DNA of 64,000 nucleotides from an uncultured Armatimonadetes bacterium (GTDB taxonomy: Bacteria; Armatimonadota; Hebobacteria; Hebobacterales; Hebobacteraceae). The notes beneath the pieces are model-generated. The model had not been told where the DNA came from. It saw only the letters and a program-made list of their open reading frames with translations, and ran no database searches. The position numbers were made by a program, and so were the translations under genes. Below, piece by piece: positions 1-9,260 of this stretch. The stretch covers positions 452,031-516,030 of the forward strand of contig OY970296.1 in NCBI GenBank assembly GCA_963716175.1, in the 5' to 3' direction. The first letter of the stretch is position 1, and the number at the start of each line of letters is the position of its first letter.

Positions 1-52
1 CTCTCCTCCAGCGCTTCCCCGCAGTTCGGACACTTGTTGTCTTGCTTGGTCA
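1..52 (-). CDS. Partial CDS: N-terminal 17 codons of a minus-strand gene that runs off the window start. The N-terminus MTKQDNKCPNCGEALEE suggests a zinc-ribbon protein.
   Basis: Reverse complement of 1-52 reads ATG ACC AAG CAA GAC AAC AAG TGT CCG AAC TGC GGG GAA GCG CTG GAG GAG. It is truncated, so it is absent from the ORF track. Confidence 0.25.
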
Positions 53-288
53 TGAGCCGAGTGCGCATCACAGACCTGGCGCGAAGCCTGCCCCGACGAA
101 TCTCCGACACTGCCTGGTATTGGGCCACATCACAAGCTCACCCGGTCCCGCTGACCCGGGCTGGCGCGGTGTGGAGGCAGCCCCTAAGGCGGTTCTACCC
201 GCCCGGCCCCGCCAGGTAAACGCCCTCGGCCAGCCATCTCGGCCCACTCCAGCTTCACCAACCGCGGCTGCCGCCTGGAGAGGGTCTG

Positions 289-795
289 CTACCCCCACCG
301 ATCGCGGCGGACAATCTCGGCCAGCGACTTGCGAGGACGGCCTTCCGGCTCCTCGTCAGGATAGCCAAGAGGCGTCGTGGCCACCAGGCGTATTGCCTCC
401 GGCACGCGGAGAGCCTGTTTCGCCCTCTGCTCGTCAAACCAGCCAATCCAGCACGTGCCCAATCCCTGCTCGGCTGCCGCCAGCACCAAGTGCTCCATGG
501 CAATGCCGATGTCGAGCAAGTAGTAGCCCTGGTCGCCCTTGGTGCCGCTCTGCTTGGCATCGGCGCAGGCGGCGATAATCACCGGCGCGCCCTCAATCCA
601 CTCGTTGCCGGCCGCGGCCAGGTCGTGCTTCACCTTGGGGTCGGTGACCACCACGAAAGTCCAGCACTGGCCGTTCGCCCAGGAGGGCGCGAGCCGCGCC
701 GCCTCCAACACGTAGTCAACCTTCTCCTGCGGCACTGGATCAGGCCGGTAGCTGCGGACGCTGCGACGCCGGCGCACCACCTCCATGAACTCCAT
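289..795 (-). CDS. Nitroreductase-family (NAD(P)H-flavin oxidoreductase-like) protein
   Basis: The 168-aa ORF starts RRRRSVRSYRPDPVPQEKVDYVLEAARLAPSWANGQCW, a typical nitroreductase fold signature; protein-like composition. Confidence 0.8.
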   Translation of the reverse strand: MEFMEVVRRRRSVRSYRPDPVPQEKVDYVLEAARLAPSWANGQCWTFVVVTDPKVKHDLAAAGNEWIEGAPVIIAACADAKQSGTKGDQGYYLLDIGIAMEHLVLAAAEQGLGTCWIGWFDEQRAKQALRVPEAIRLVATTPLGYPDEEPEGRPRKSLAEIVRRDRWG

Positions 796-973
796 GCTAT
801 ACCCCTTTCCGACAGCGCCCCGTACCGCACCTCGATTATATGCTAGCTAGCCTCCCTGTCAAGCCAAGCCGAGGCCGAGGGGCCGGCCGCGGCCCTGCCG
901 CCATCTGCGAAGCCCAGAACAGGAATACGGCCGGCGGCCAGAGAAGACAGTGCCGAGAGTTTGAGCAGCGCAG

Positions 974-1951
<978 letters not shown>

Positions 1952-2974
1952 ATCCGCTGGTGCCCCATCATCAGCGCCACGCCGGTTATCACCAGCGCCG
2001 CCCCCGCCAGCAGGTAGCGCGTCACGGTCTCTCCGATGAGGAGATGGGCCTCGACCATGGTGAAAACGGGGAGGGTGGAGCCGAGCAACCCCACGGTCGC
2101 CGCCTCCAGGCGGGCCAGCCCCTTGACCAGCAGGACATAGGCCAGCCCGGTTCCGCCAAAGCCGAGGTATACCAGCGCCAACACCGCTGACCCTCGCAGC
2201 GGGTGGTGCGCAATCGGCTGCGTGAGCGCCACCAGGCCGGCGACCGCGGTGCCGACGAGGAAGACCGGCACCAGCGTGCCTCCTGGCGTTCGCGCCAGCA
2301 CGCGCTGACCCAGCCCGTAGGTGGCCCAGCAGCAGGCAGCGGAGAACACCAGCACATTGCCCAGCAGATACTTCGACTGAAGCAGCGCGCTCAGGTTCTG
2401 GCCGTTCCAGCCCACCAGCACCAGCCCGGCCAGCGCGGCCGCCCCCGCGCCGGCCTTCAGCCACGACATCCTTTCCCGCAGCACCAACACCCCCAGCAGG
2501 GCCAGCATGATGCCATCTGTGCTCACGATCAGGGTGGCGGCACTGGCTGTGGTGTAGTACAGCCCAAGCGTGTAGAGCAGCAGATCCCCGCCAATCCCGA
2601 GGCCCACGATCGCAATCCAGGCGCGGAGGCCAATCCAGTTGGGCCCGCCCAGGTCCAGCGCCGCGCGCCGGCCGGGCAAGCGAAGCCCCCGCCCGGCCAC
2701 CACCTCCAAAGCGGCGAAGACGCAGGTGCCGCCGACCAGCCGCGCCAACGCGATGAACCCAGGGTTGAAGCTGACATAGGCGAGCTTGACCGCAAGTGGG
2801 ATCAGGCTCCACAGCCAGACCGTGCCCAGCACCCAGAGGACGGGCATTAGGGAGTTTCGGGCACCACAGTCATGCCGGCGCGAAGTGGACAGCCCCGAAA
2901 CTCCTTTCGTGAGTGCATTCCTGGGGTAGGTCGGGTCCTGCTCACTGCAACTGGAGTGCTCAACGTGCTTTGGG

Positions 2975-3181
2975 TCAGCCGGTTGGCGTCTGCTGCAGGC
3001 AGGCCTCGGGAGGCGGCTGGCGCTGCTCCAGCGCGCGGCGGGTCACCCGATAGACGAATCCGGTGAGCCAAACCAGGAGGTAGAGCGCGATCAGCAGGAG
3101 TAGGCCGTAGCCGATCCGCCGCGCCCAGAGTTCGGACTTCTCCGCTGGCAGCATCCCGGCCCCTAGGAGGCGGGCCCCCAC
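2975..3181 (-). CDS. Small hypothetical membrane protein (68 aa), downstream of the NHL gene
   Basis: Hydrophobic helix LLLLIALYLLVWLTGFVY. Small ORFs in high-GC DNA are unreliable. Confidence 0.25.
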   Translation of the reverse strand: MGARLLGAGMLPAEKSELWARRIGYGLLLLIALYLLVWLTGFVYRVTRRALEQRQPPPEACLQQTPTG

Positions 3182-3200
3182 TTCTGAATGCGGTTGTTCC

Positions 3201-4130
3201 CTAGGTCCAGATGTAGACCGCCTGGTCTGCTCCCACCGCCACGCTGATGGGGCAGTCCAGCTCGCCCTTCCCCTTGCCCCATTTGCCGGAGAATGAGAGC
3301 AGCCGGCCCGAGGGCGTGAACTTCTGGAGGCGGTGATTGCCGAAATCCACTACGTACACATTGCCCTGGGAGTCCACGTTCACCGCATAGGGACGGTCGA
3401 ACTGACCTGGGTCCGCGCCGGCCTCGCCCCACTTGCCGTCGAACTGCATCTTCTTGCCATTGCTGCGGAAGGCCTGCACCCGATCATTGCCCAGGTCGGC
3501 CACATAGAGGCGGTCTTGGCTGTCAACAGCGAGCCCGGCGGGGCGGCTGAACTGGCCGTCCTGCCGGCCCTCCGTGCCCCACATCATCACGAACTTGCCC
3601 TTGGCATCGAACTTGTGGACGCGGTTGTTGTTGAAGTCGGAAACGTAGATAAAGCCCTGGGAGTCCACCGCCACGCCGTAGGGATACACGAACTGGCCAG
3701 GGGCTTCATCATATCCCTTGGGCTCCCCCTGCTCGCCGAACTTGAGCAGGAAGCGGCCCTCCGGCGAGAACTTCTGCACCCGGTGGTTCCAGTTGTCCAC
3801 CACGTAGATGTGGCCAGCTTTGTCCGTGGTCACAGAGCGAGGGCACTCGAACTGACCGGCCTTCTTCCCTCTCTCGCCGAAGCTGGAGATCAGCTTGCCA
3901 TTGGTGTCCACGCGCAGGATGCGGTTGTTCCAGGTGTCGGCCACCAGCAGGTTTCCCTTGGGGTCAATGCTGAGGCCCTCCGGATGGTCAATCCCGCCCG
4001 CCCCGGGATACTGGGTCCACTGAGCGAGGAAGTGCGGCGCCGTCTGGCTCGGTGCCCCGCACCCCAGGATCAGCGCTGCCATCACCAGCACCACCAGCCC
4101 GACCCCCGCTACTCTCCAGGCACCGGCCAT
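3201..4130 (-). CDS. NHL-repeat (six-bladed beta-propeller) lipoprotein
   Basis: Repeated blades containing NNRILRVD, NHRVQKF, NNRVHKFD, NDRVQAF and NHRLQKF. N-terminal signal MAGAWRVAGVGLVVLVMAALILGC has a lipobox. Start chosen at the internal Met (4130) of the 333-aa ORF. Confidence 0.8.
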   Translation of the reverse strand: MAGAWRVAGVGLVVLVMAALILGCGAPSQTAPHFLAQWTQYPGAGGIDHPEGLSIDPKGNLLVADTWNNRILRVDTNGKLISSFGERGKKAGQFECPRSVTTDKAGHIYVVDNWNHRVQKFSPEGRFLLKFGEQGEPKGYDEAPGQFVYPYGVAVDSQGFIYVSDFNNNRVHKFDAKGKFVMMWGTEGRQDGQFSRPAGLAVDSQDRLYVADLGNDRVQAFRSNGKKMQFDGKWGEAGADPGQFDRPYAVNVDSQGNVYVVDFGNHRLQKFTPSGRLLSFSGKWGKGKGELDCPISVAVGADQAVYIWT

Positions 4131-4380
4131 CTCATCCTCCTGTCCACTCAAGGCGGACGCTCGCTCGCTCCGATTATAGCCCCGCCTGCGCGCGGGCGTC
4201 AATGATGGCCTCTACCACTGCGGAAGCGCTTTTCCTGCTGGCGTCCGGGGCGGCTCGAGGGCGAGGCCCAGCCAAGAACAGCCAGGTAGGCACCATAAGG
4301 AGCACGGCCAGCATCAGTGTGCTCCGGTCCCCCGAAATTGACGCTCTCTCTGCCGCGATGCTATAATCCCCGAGGAGGCG

Positions 4381-5316
4381 TTGAGCACAGCCATTGCCAT
4401 GAAGGAAATTGTCGAAGTCTGGCGCTACCGCGAGGTGCTGTGGAACCTGGTGCGCCGCAACCTCAAGGTGCGCTATAAGAACTCCATCCTCGGCTTCCTC
4501 TGGTCTCTCCTTAACCCCCTGATGCAGATCGGGGTCTGGTGGTTCGTCTTCAAGATCATCCTGGATAACCCCGAGCCCAACTACATGGCCTTGCTGATCA
4601 CGGGTTTCTTGCCCTGGCTCTTCTTCTCCCAGACCGTGCTCGACAGCACCGCCTGCGTCACCCAGGAGATGGCGCTGGTGAAGAAGGCCTACTTCCCCCG
4701 CATGGTCCTGCCGCTGTCGGCCTTGTTCTCCAACCTGATCCATCTCGGGCTGGCCTTCGTGGTGCTGCTGGCGCTCTTCGCCGTCTGGCGGGTCGACATC
4801 AACATCAGCTATTTCCTGATCATCCCGGCCACCCTCCTGGTCGCGGTCTTCGCCTATGGCCTGTCGGCGATGCTGGCGGCCTGGAGCGTGTTCTACGCGG
4901 ATGTGAAGTTCATCATCGGTAACCTGCTGGGGCTCTGGTTCTTCCTGACGCCGGTGCTGTACTCGGCGTCCGGTTTGCTCGCCCGGCAGGCCATCTCGGG
5001 ACGGGAGCTGAACTGGCTCCAGCGCCTGATCCAGGCCGGACTGCCGGTGATCAAACAGGTCTACCTCGTGGACCCGGTGACCATTGGCGTGCTCGGGTAC
5101 CGCAGCGGGCTGCTCTACGGCGGCGGAAATCCCCTCCTGGTGCGCGCCGGAGCCACCAGGACCGAGGAGGCGGCGCGTCTGCTGCAGGCCCAGCTCCAGG
5201 CCCAATATCCCATCGGCCACTACATCATCGGGGCCACCATCGTGGCGGTGCTGGTGGCGATCGTCGGCCACCTGATCTTTCGGCGCCTCTCCCACCTCTT
5301 CGCGGAGCGAGGCTGA
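4381..5316 (+). CDS. ABC-2 type polysaccharide/polyol-phosphate export permease (Wzm/TagG-like)
   Basis: Signature RRNLKVRYKNSILGFLWSLLNPLMQIGVWWFVFKII plus six TM helices. Immediately followed by the cognate ATPase. TTG start in track; the alternative ATG is at 4399. Confidence 0.85.
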   Translation: MSTAIAMKEIVEVWRYREVLWNLVRRNLKVRYKNSILGFLWSLLNPLMQIGVWWFVFKIILDNPEPNYMALLITGFLPWLFFSQTVLDSTACVTQEMALVKKAYFPRMVLPLSALFSNLIHLGLAFVVLLALFAVWRVDINISYFLIIPATLLVAVFAYGLSAMLAAWSVFYADVKFIIGNLLGLWFFLTPVLYSASGLLARQAISGRELNWLQRLIQAGLPVIKQVYLVDPVTIGVLGYRSGLLYGGGNPLLVRAGATRTEEAARLLQAQLQAQYPIGHYIIGATIVAVLVAIVGHLIFRRLSHLFAERG

Positions 5317-5324
5317 ACCCTGCC

Positions 5325-6104
5325 GTGAGCGGAATCGAAATCCGAGACCTATGGAAGCAGTACCGCCGCCCTCATCAGCGGGTGAGCACGCTGAAGGAGG
5401 CGATCGTCGCCTTCCTCCGGGGCCAGACGGGCTATGAGGAGTTCTGGGCGCTGAAGAGCATCTCTTTCACCGTGGACGCAGGAGAGGCAGTGGGCGTGGT
5501 GGGGCCCAACGGGTCCGGCAAGAGCACGCTGCTGGCGCTGATGGCCGGTGTGCTCACTCCCACCCGGGGCACGGTGAAAGTGGGAGGGCGCATCTGCCCC
5601 ATGCTGGAGCTGGGCACCGGGTTCCATCCCGACCTGACGGGCCGGGAGAACGTGTTTCTCAACGCCAGCCTGCTGGGTCTGAGCCGCCGGGAGACGGCTC
5701 GCCGCTATCATGCCATCGTGGACTTCGCGGAGCTGGGCGAGTTCATGGACGCGCCGGTGAGGACCTATTCCAGCGGCATGGTGGTGCGGCTCGGGTTCTC
5801 CGTGGCGATGCACCTCGACCCGGACGTGCTGCTGATTGACGAGGTGCTGAGCGTGGGGGACGAGCACTTCCGGCACAAGTCCTTCGAGCGGCTGGTGCGC
5901 TTCAAACAGGAGGGCAAGACCATCTTCGTGGTCTCCCATGATCTCGGGTCGGTGGAGCGACTCTGCGCGCGCGCGATCTGGCTGGACCACGGCCACATGG
6001 TCATGGACAGCCCCAGTGCCCAGGTGGTCCGGAAGTACCGAACCGCGGTGGAGGAGAGCGAGCGCGCGGCGGAGGCCGGGTCTCCCCATGCCCGCCTGGT
6101 CTGA
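5325..6104 (+). CDS. ABC transporter ATP-binding protein (Wzt/TagH-like, short form without a C-terminal carbohydrate-binding domain)
   Basis: Walker A GPNGSGKST, signature SSGMVVRLGFS and Walker B VLLIDEVLSVGD. GTG start 8 nt after the permease stop. Confidence 0.9.
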   Translation: MSGIEIRDLWKQYRRPHQRVSTLKEAIVAFLRGQTGYEEFWALKSISFTVDAGEAVGVVGPNGSGKSTLLALMAGVLTPTRGTVKVGGRICPMLELGTGFHPDLTGRENVFLNASLLGLSRRETARRYHAIVDFAELGEFMDAPVRTYSSGMVVRLGFSVAMHLDPDVLLIDEVLSVGDEHFRHKSFERLVRFKQEGKTIFVVSHDLGSVERLCARAIWLDHGHMVMDSPSAQVVRKYRTAVEESERAAEAGSPHARLV

Positions 6105-7533
6105 GCTCATCCGGACGGCCGGAAACGTCTTCCTCACCCCAGTCGCGCTCTCCGACCTGCCCGGCCGGGAGACCTGGAGGCGCGCGCTGGTGGTGGGGTC
6201 GGGAGAGCCGGCCAGCATTGCCCAGGCCGCCCAGGCGCTGCGCAGGGCCTGCCCTGCGCTCCTGGTGGATCCGCCGGGTCCCCCGCGGCTGTGGCGAATC
6301 CACCGACGCCGCTACGATGTCGTCTGCCTGCTCCTCACCGGCGAGGGGAGACGCAGGGAAAAGCTGGCGGGACTGCTTTCCGGGGCCCGTGTGGCTCTGG
6401 CCTGCAACCGGAGCGGCCGGTGGTACCAGGTCCACCGGCCGGCCTTCCGGCCGCTCAACCTGCGTTGGTGGGCCCGCCTGGTGCTGGCCGGCATGCTGTC
6501 CGGGTGCTACCTGCGGGTGATGCTGTGGGCTCGCGCCTGCGATCTGCTGTGGCGCTTCGGCCCCATGCCGGCGCCGATTCCGGATCCAGGACCCCCGGTG
6601 GGGCGAGGGACCACTTTCATCGTGCCCACCTACAACCAGCGCCACCTGATGGACTTCTGCTTGCCAGCCCTGGTGGCCGAGGCGGGCCGTCAGCACGAGG
6701 TAATGGTAGTAGATGACGCCAGTGCCGATGGCACGGCCGAGTACGTGCGCAAGCAATACCCGCGCGTGCGCGTGCTCCGGCTGGCGCGCAACCAGGGCTT
6801 CGCGGGGGCGGTGCGAGCCGGCATTGCAGCCAGCCGGACGCCGCTCTTCGCCTTGATCAACACCGATGTGCAGGTGCGGCCCGGGTTCCTGAAAGCGATC
6901 CTGCCGCACTTCGCGCGCGAGGACACCTTCGCGGTGTGCTCCCGTATCGAGCTGCCTGGCGGCTCGCAGATGGAGACCGGCAACGTGGCTCCCGCCTTCT
7001 CAGGAATACTGGAACCCTATCATCTGCCTCCCGATCGCCCCGGCCCGATCCTCTATGCCGGTGGGGCCTCATCGGTCTTCCACCGCGCCCGCTATCAGGC
7101 GCTGGGCGGATTCGAGACCATCTACCGGCCCATCTACTGGGAAGACATTGAACTGGGATACCGCGCCTGGCGGCGCGGGTGGCGTTCGCTCTTCGAGCCC
7201 GGGGCGTCGGTGTGGCATGAGCGCCGCGCGTGGGTCGGCCAGCGACTGGGCGATGTCCAGGCCAACGAGACCTTCCTGAAGAACGGCCTGCTCTTCGTCT
7301 GGAAGAACATACGAGACCGGGGGATGCTATCCCAGCACTGGGTCTACGTCTGTGCCAGGCTCTACCGGGAGGTGCTGGCCGGGGAGCGAATGATGTGCTA
7401 CGCGCTGCTGCGGGCGCTGCCGCTGCTGCCCGCCGCGCTGATCAGGCGGTGGCGAGGGCGACATCGCGGCGACCTGATGGACCGCGACATCCTCGCCCTG
7501 GCCACGCCCTCGCAGGAGCGCCACGGGCCGTGA
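6088..7533 (+). CDS. Family 2 glycosyltransferase with an N-terminal GT9-N-like module
   Basis: GT-A motifs TTFIVPTYNQRH and VVDDASADGT. Start taken at the ATG (6088) overlapping the ATPase stop; the track ORF begins further upstream in the same frame. The N-terminal ~170 aa form the recurring module described in findings. Confidence 0.8.
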   Translation: MPAWSELIRTAGNVFLTPVALSDLPGRETWRRALVVGSGEPASIAQAAQALRRACPALLVDPPGPPRLWRIHRRRYDVVCLLLTGEGRRREKLAGLLSGARVALACNRSGRWYQVHRPAFRPLNLRWWARLVLAGMLSGCYLRVMLWARACDLLWRFGPMPAPIPDPGPPVGRGTTFIVPTYNQRHLMDFCLPALVAEAGRQHEVMVVDDASADGTAEYVRKQYPRVRVLRLARNQGFAGAVRAGIAASRTPLFALINTDVQVRPGFLKAILPHFAREDTFAVCSRIELPGGSQMETGNVAPAFSGILEPYHLPPDRPGPILYAGGASSVFHRARYQALGGFETIYRPIYWEDIELGYRAWRRGWRSLFEPGASVWHERRAWVGQRLGDVQANETFLKNGLLFVWKNIRDRGMLSQHWVYVCARLYREVLAGERMMCYALLRALPLLPAALIRRWRGRHRGDLMDRDILALATPSQERHGP

Positions 7534-9260
7534 GGATCCTTTTCGTCAGCCCCTTCCTCCCCTATCCGCCCACGGCTGGCGGCCACGCGCTGATCTGGGG
7601 CTGGCTGCGGCGCCTTGCCAGCAAGCACGAGATCGCGTTCGTGGGATTCTGCGAGCGAGAGGCGGACGCGGTGGGCGCCGACGAGGTGGCGAAGCACTGC
7701 GCCAGCATGCGAATACGTCTCCGCCGGCCGACGCCGCATGCCTACAGCTCCTTCGCGCAGGTCCCCCGATGGGTGAGCGAGTTCTTCTCGGCAGAGCTAG
7801 CAAGTGACCTGCGCGCGCTGGCGCGAGATTTCAGGCCGGAGGTGGCGCAGTTTCTGAGCACCAACATGGCGCAGTATGCGCGCGCGGTTGATGCCGCGCA
7901 TGTCATCACCGCGGTTGACGTCTCTTTTGTCGCCCATCGTAGGCGGATCGCAGCCGCGCGCGGACTCGAGCGTCTCCAGGCCCGGCTGGAGTGGCTGCGC
8001 ATGCTGCGCTATGAGGCGTCCGTCTTTCGCCGCGCCGATCACGTGATCGCAATGTCGCTCCGAGATGCAGAGATCATCAGGGCCGTCTCGCCTCGGGTGC
8101 CGAGCACCATCGTGCCTCCCGGCGTGGACCGGGAACTGCTCGCGCCCCGGCCGCGCCGGCCGGGGCCAGGCAGAGTGCTCTACCTGGGCCAGATGGAGCA
8201 CTTCCCCAACCTCGATGGTCTGCTCTTCCTCTATCGAGAGATCTGGCCCCGGGTTCGGCGCGCTCATCCAGAAGCTCGTCTCACCGTGGCCGGCCGCGGC
8301 GCGCGGGAGGAGCTGGCGCGCGTCGCGCCGCAGACCCTCGCTGCCATGGAGAGCGACCAGAGTGTGGACCTGGCGGGATTCGTGCCCGACCTCCAGGCGA
8401 CCATGGATCTCACCGCGGTCATGGCCGCGCCCCTGCGACTGGGATCGGGCGTGCGCACCAAGGTGATCGAGGCGATGGCCGCGGGGCTGCCGGTGGTGAC
8501 AACCACCCGGGGCGCGGAGGGCCTGGCGGTTGCGCACGAACGCGAGCTGCTCATCGCGGACGAGCCAGAGCAGTTCGCGCGGGAGCTGGTGCGCCTGCTC
8601 CGAGATCCGGAGCTGCAGGCGCGACTCTCCCGGGCCGGCCGCGAGCTGGCAGCTCGCGAGCATGACAACGATCAACTGGCGGCGCGGCTGGAGCGGGCCT
8701 TGATGGCAGCGGCAGGGTCTGCAGGGCGGGCACGTCTCGCATGCCCGCCGCAGGACGGCGAGGCGCGGGAGATGAGAGTCCTGATCCGATACCTCGCCGG
8801 CTATGTCTTCGACTTCTTCCGGGAGCGGGTGACCGCTGACGATTTCCGCGGCGAGCGCGTGCGCCGCGTCCTGGCGACGGCCGCGCTGGATGCGCGCGGC
8901 CAGGCTGCGGTGCGGTGCATGTTCCCGCAGGCCGTCCTGTATGCCGTCACTGCTCGCGCCAGCCTGGCCCAGGTTCGCCGGGGTCGGTTCGAGGCGAGCT
9001 GCATCTCCATGGCCGGCGGCGGCATGCGAGAGCGCTTGCTGGCTCTGCTCAGCGGCGCCCGGCACCAGCTGCTCATCCCTTCGCCGGACTACATCTACCG
9101 TCTGGGCATGCGGCAGGGAGGCCCGGCCCTCGCCTGGGCGGTGATAGACCGCTTCCTGGTCGCACCTGTCGCTCTGATGTGGTTCATCCTACTGGTTTGC
9201 TGGCTCTATGTGAGCGGATTGGTTGAGCGGACCGCGCAGCCAAAGGCGCAGGGAGGGTAG
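7530..9260 (+). CDS. Family 4 (GT-B) glycosyltransferase with a C-terminal GT9-N-like module and a TM helix
   Basis: VRILFVSPFLPYPPTAGGHA N-terminus and an EX7E-type motif IEAMAAGLPVVTTTRGAEGL. GTGA overlap with the upstream stop. The C-terminal 160 aa are the module plus the hydrophobic helix PVALMWFILLVCWLYVSGL. Confidence 0.8.
   Translation: MRILFVSPFLPYPPTAGGHALIWGWLRRLASKHEIAFVGFCEREADAVGADEVAKHCASMRIRLRRPTPHAYSSFAQVPRWVSEFFSAELASDLRALARDFRPEVAQFLSTNMAQYARAVDAAHVITAVDVSFVAHRRRIAAARGLERLQARLEWLRMLRYEASVFRRADHVIAMSLRDAEIIRAVSPRVPSTIVPPGVDRELLAPRPRRPGPGRVLYLGQMEHFPNLDGLLFLYREIWPRVRRAHPEARLTVAGRGAREELARVAPQTLAAMESDQSVDLAGFVPDLQATMDLTAVMAAPLRLGSGVRTKVIEAMAAGLPVVTTTRGAEGLAVAHERELLIADEPEQFARELVRLLRDPELQARLSRAGRELAAREHDNDQLAARLERALMAAAGSAGRARLACPPQDGEAREMRVLIRYLAGYVFDFFRERVTADDFRGERVRRVLATAALDARGQAAVRCMFPQAVLYAVTARASLAQVRRGRFEASCISMAGGGMRERLLALLSGARHQLLIPSPDYIYRLGMRQGGPALAWAVIDRFLVAPVALMWFILLVCWLYVSGLVERTAQPKAQGG

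Noticed and set aside
5938-6087. Upstream extension of the GT2 ORF (track start 5938) overlapping the ABC ATPase by 167 nt
   Set aside because: The extension translates to Ser/Arg/Trp/Thr-rich sequence with no similarity; the ATG at 6088 gives a tidy 17-nt overlap consistent with the rest of the operon.
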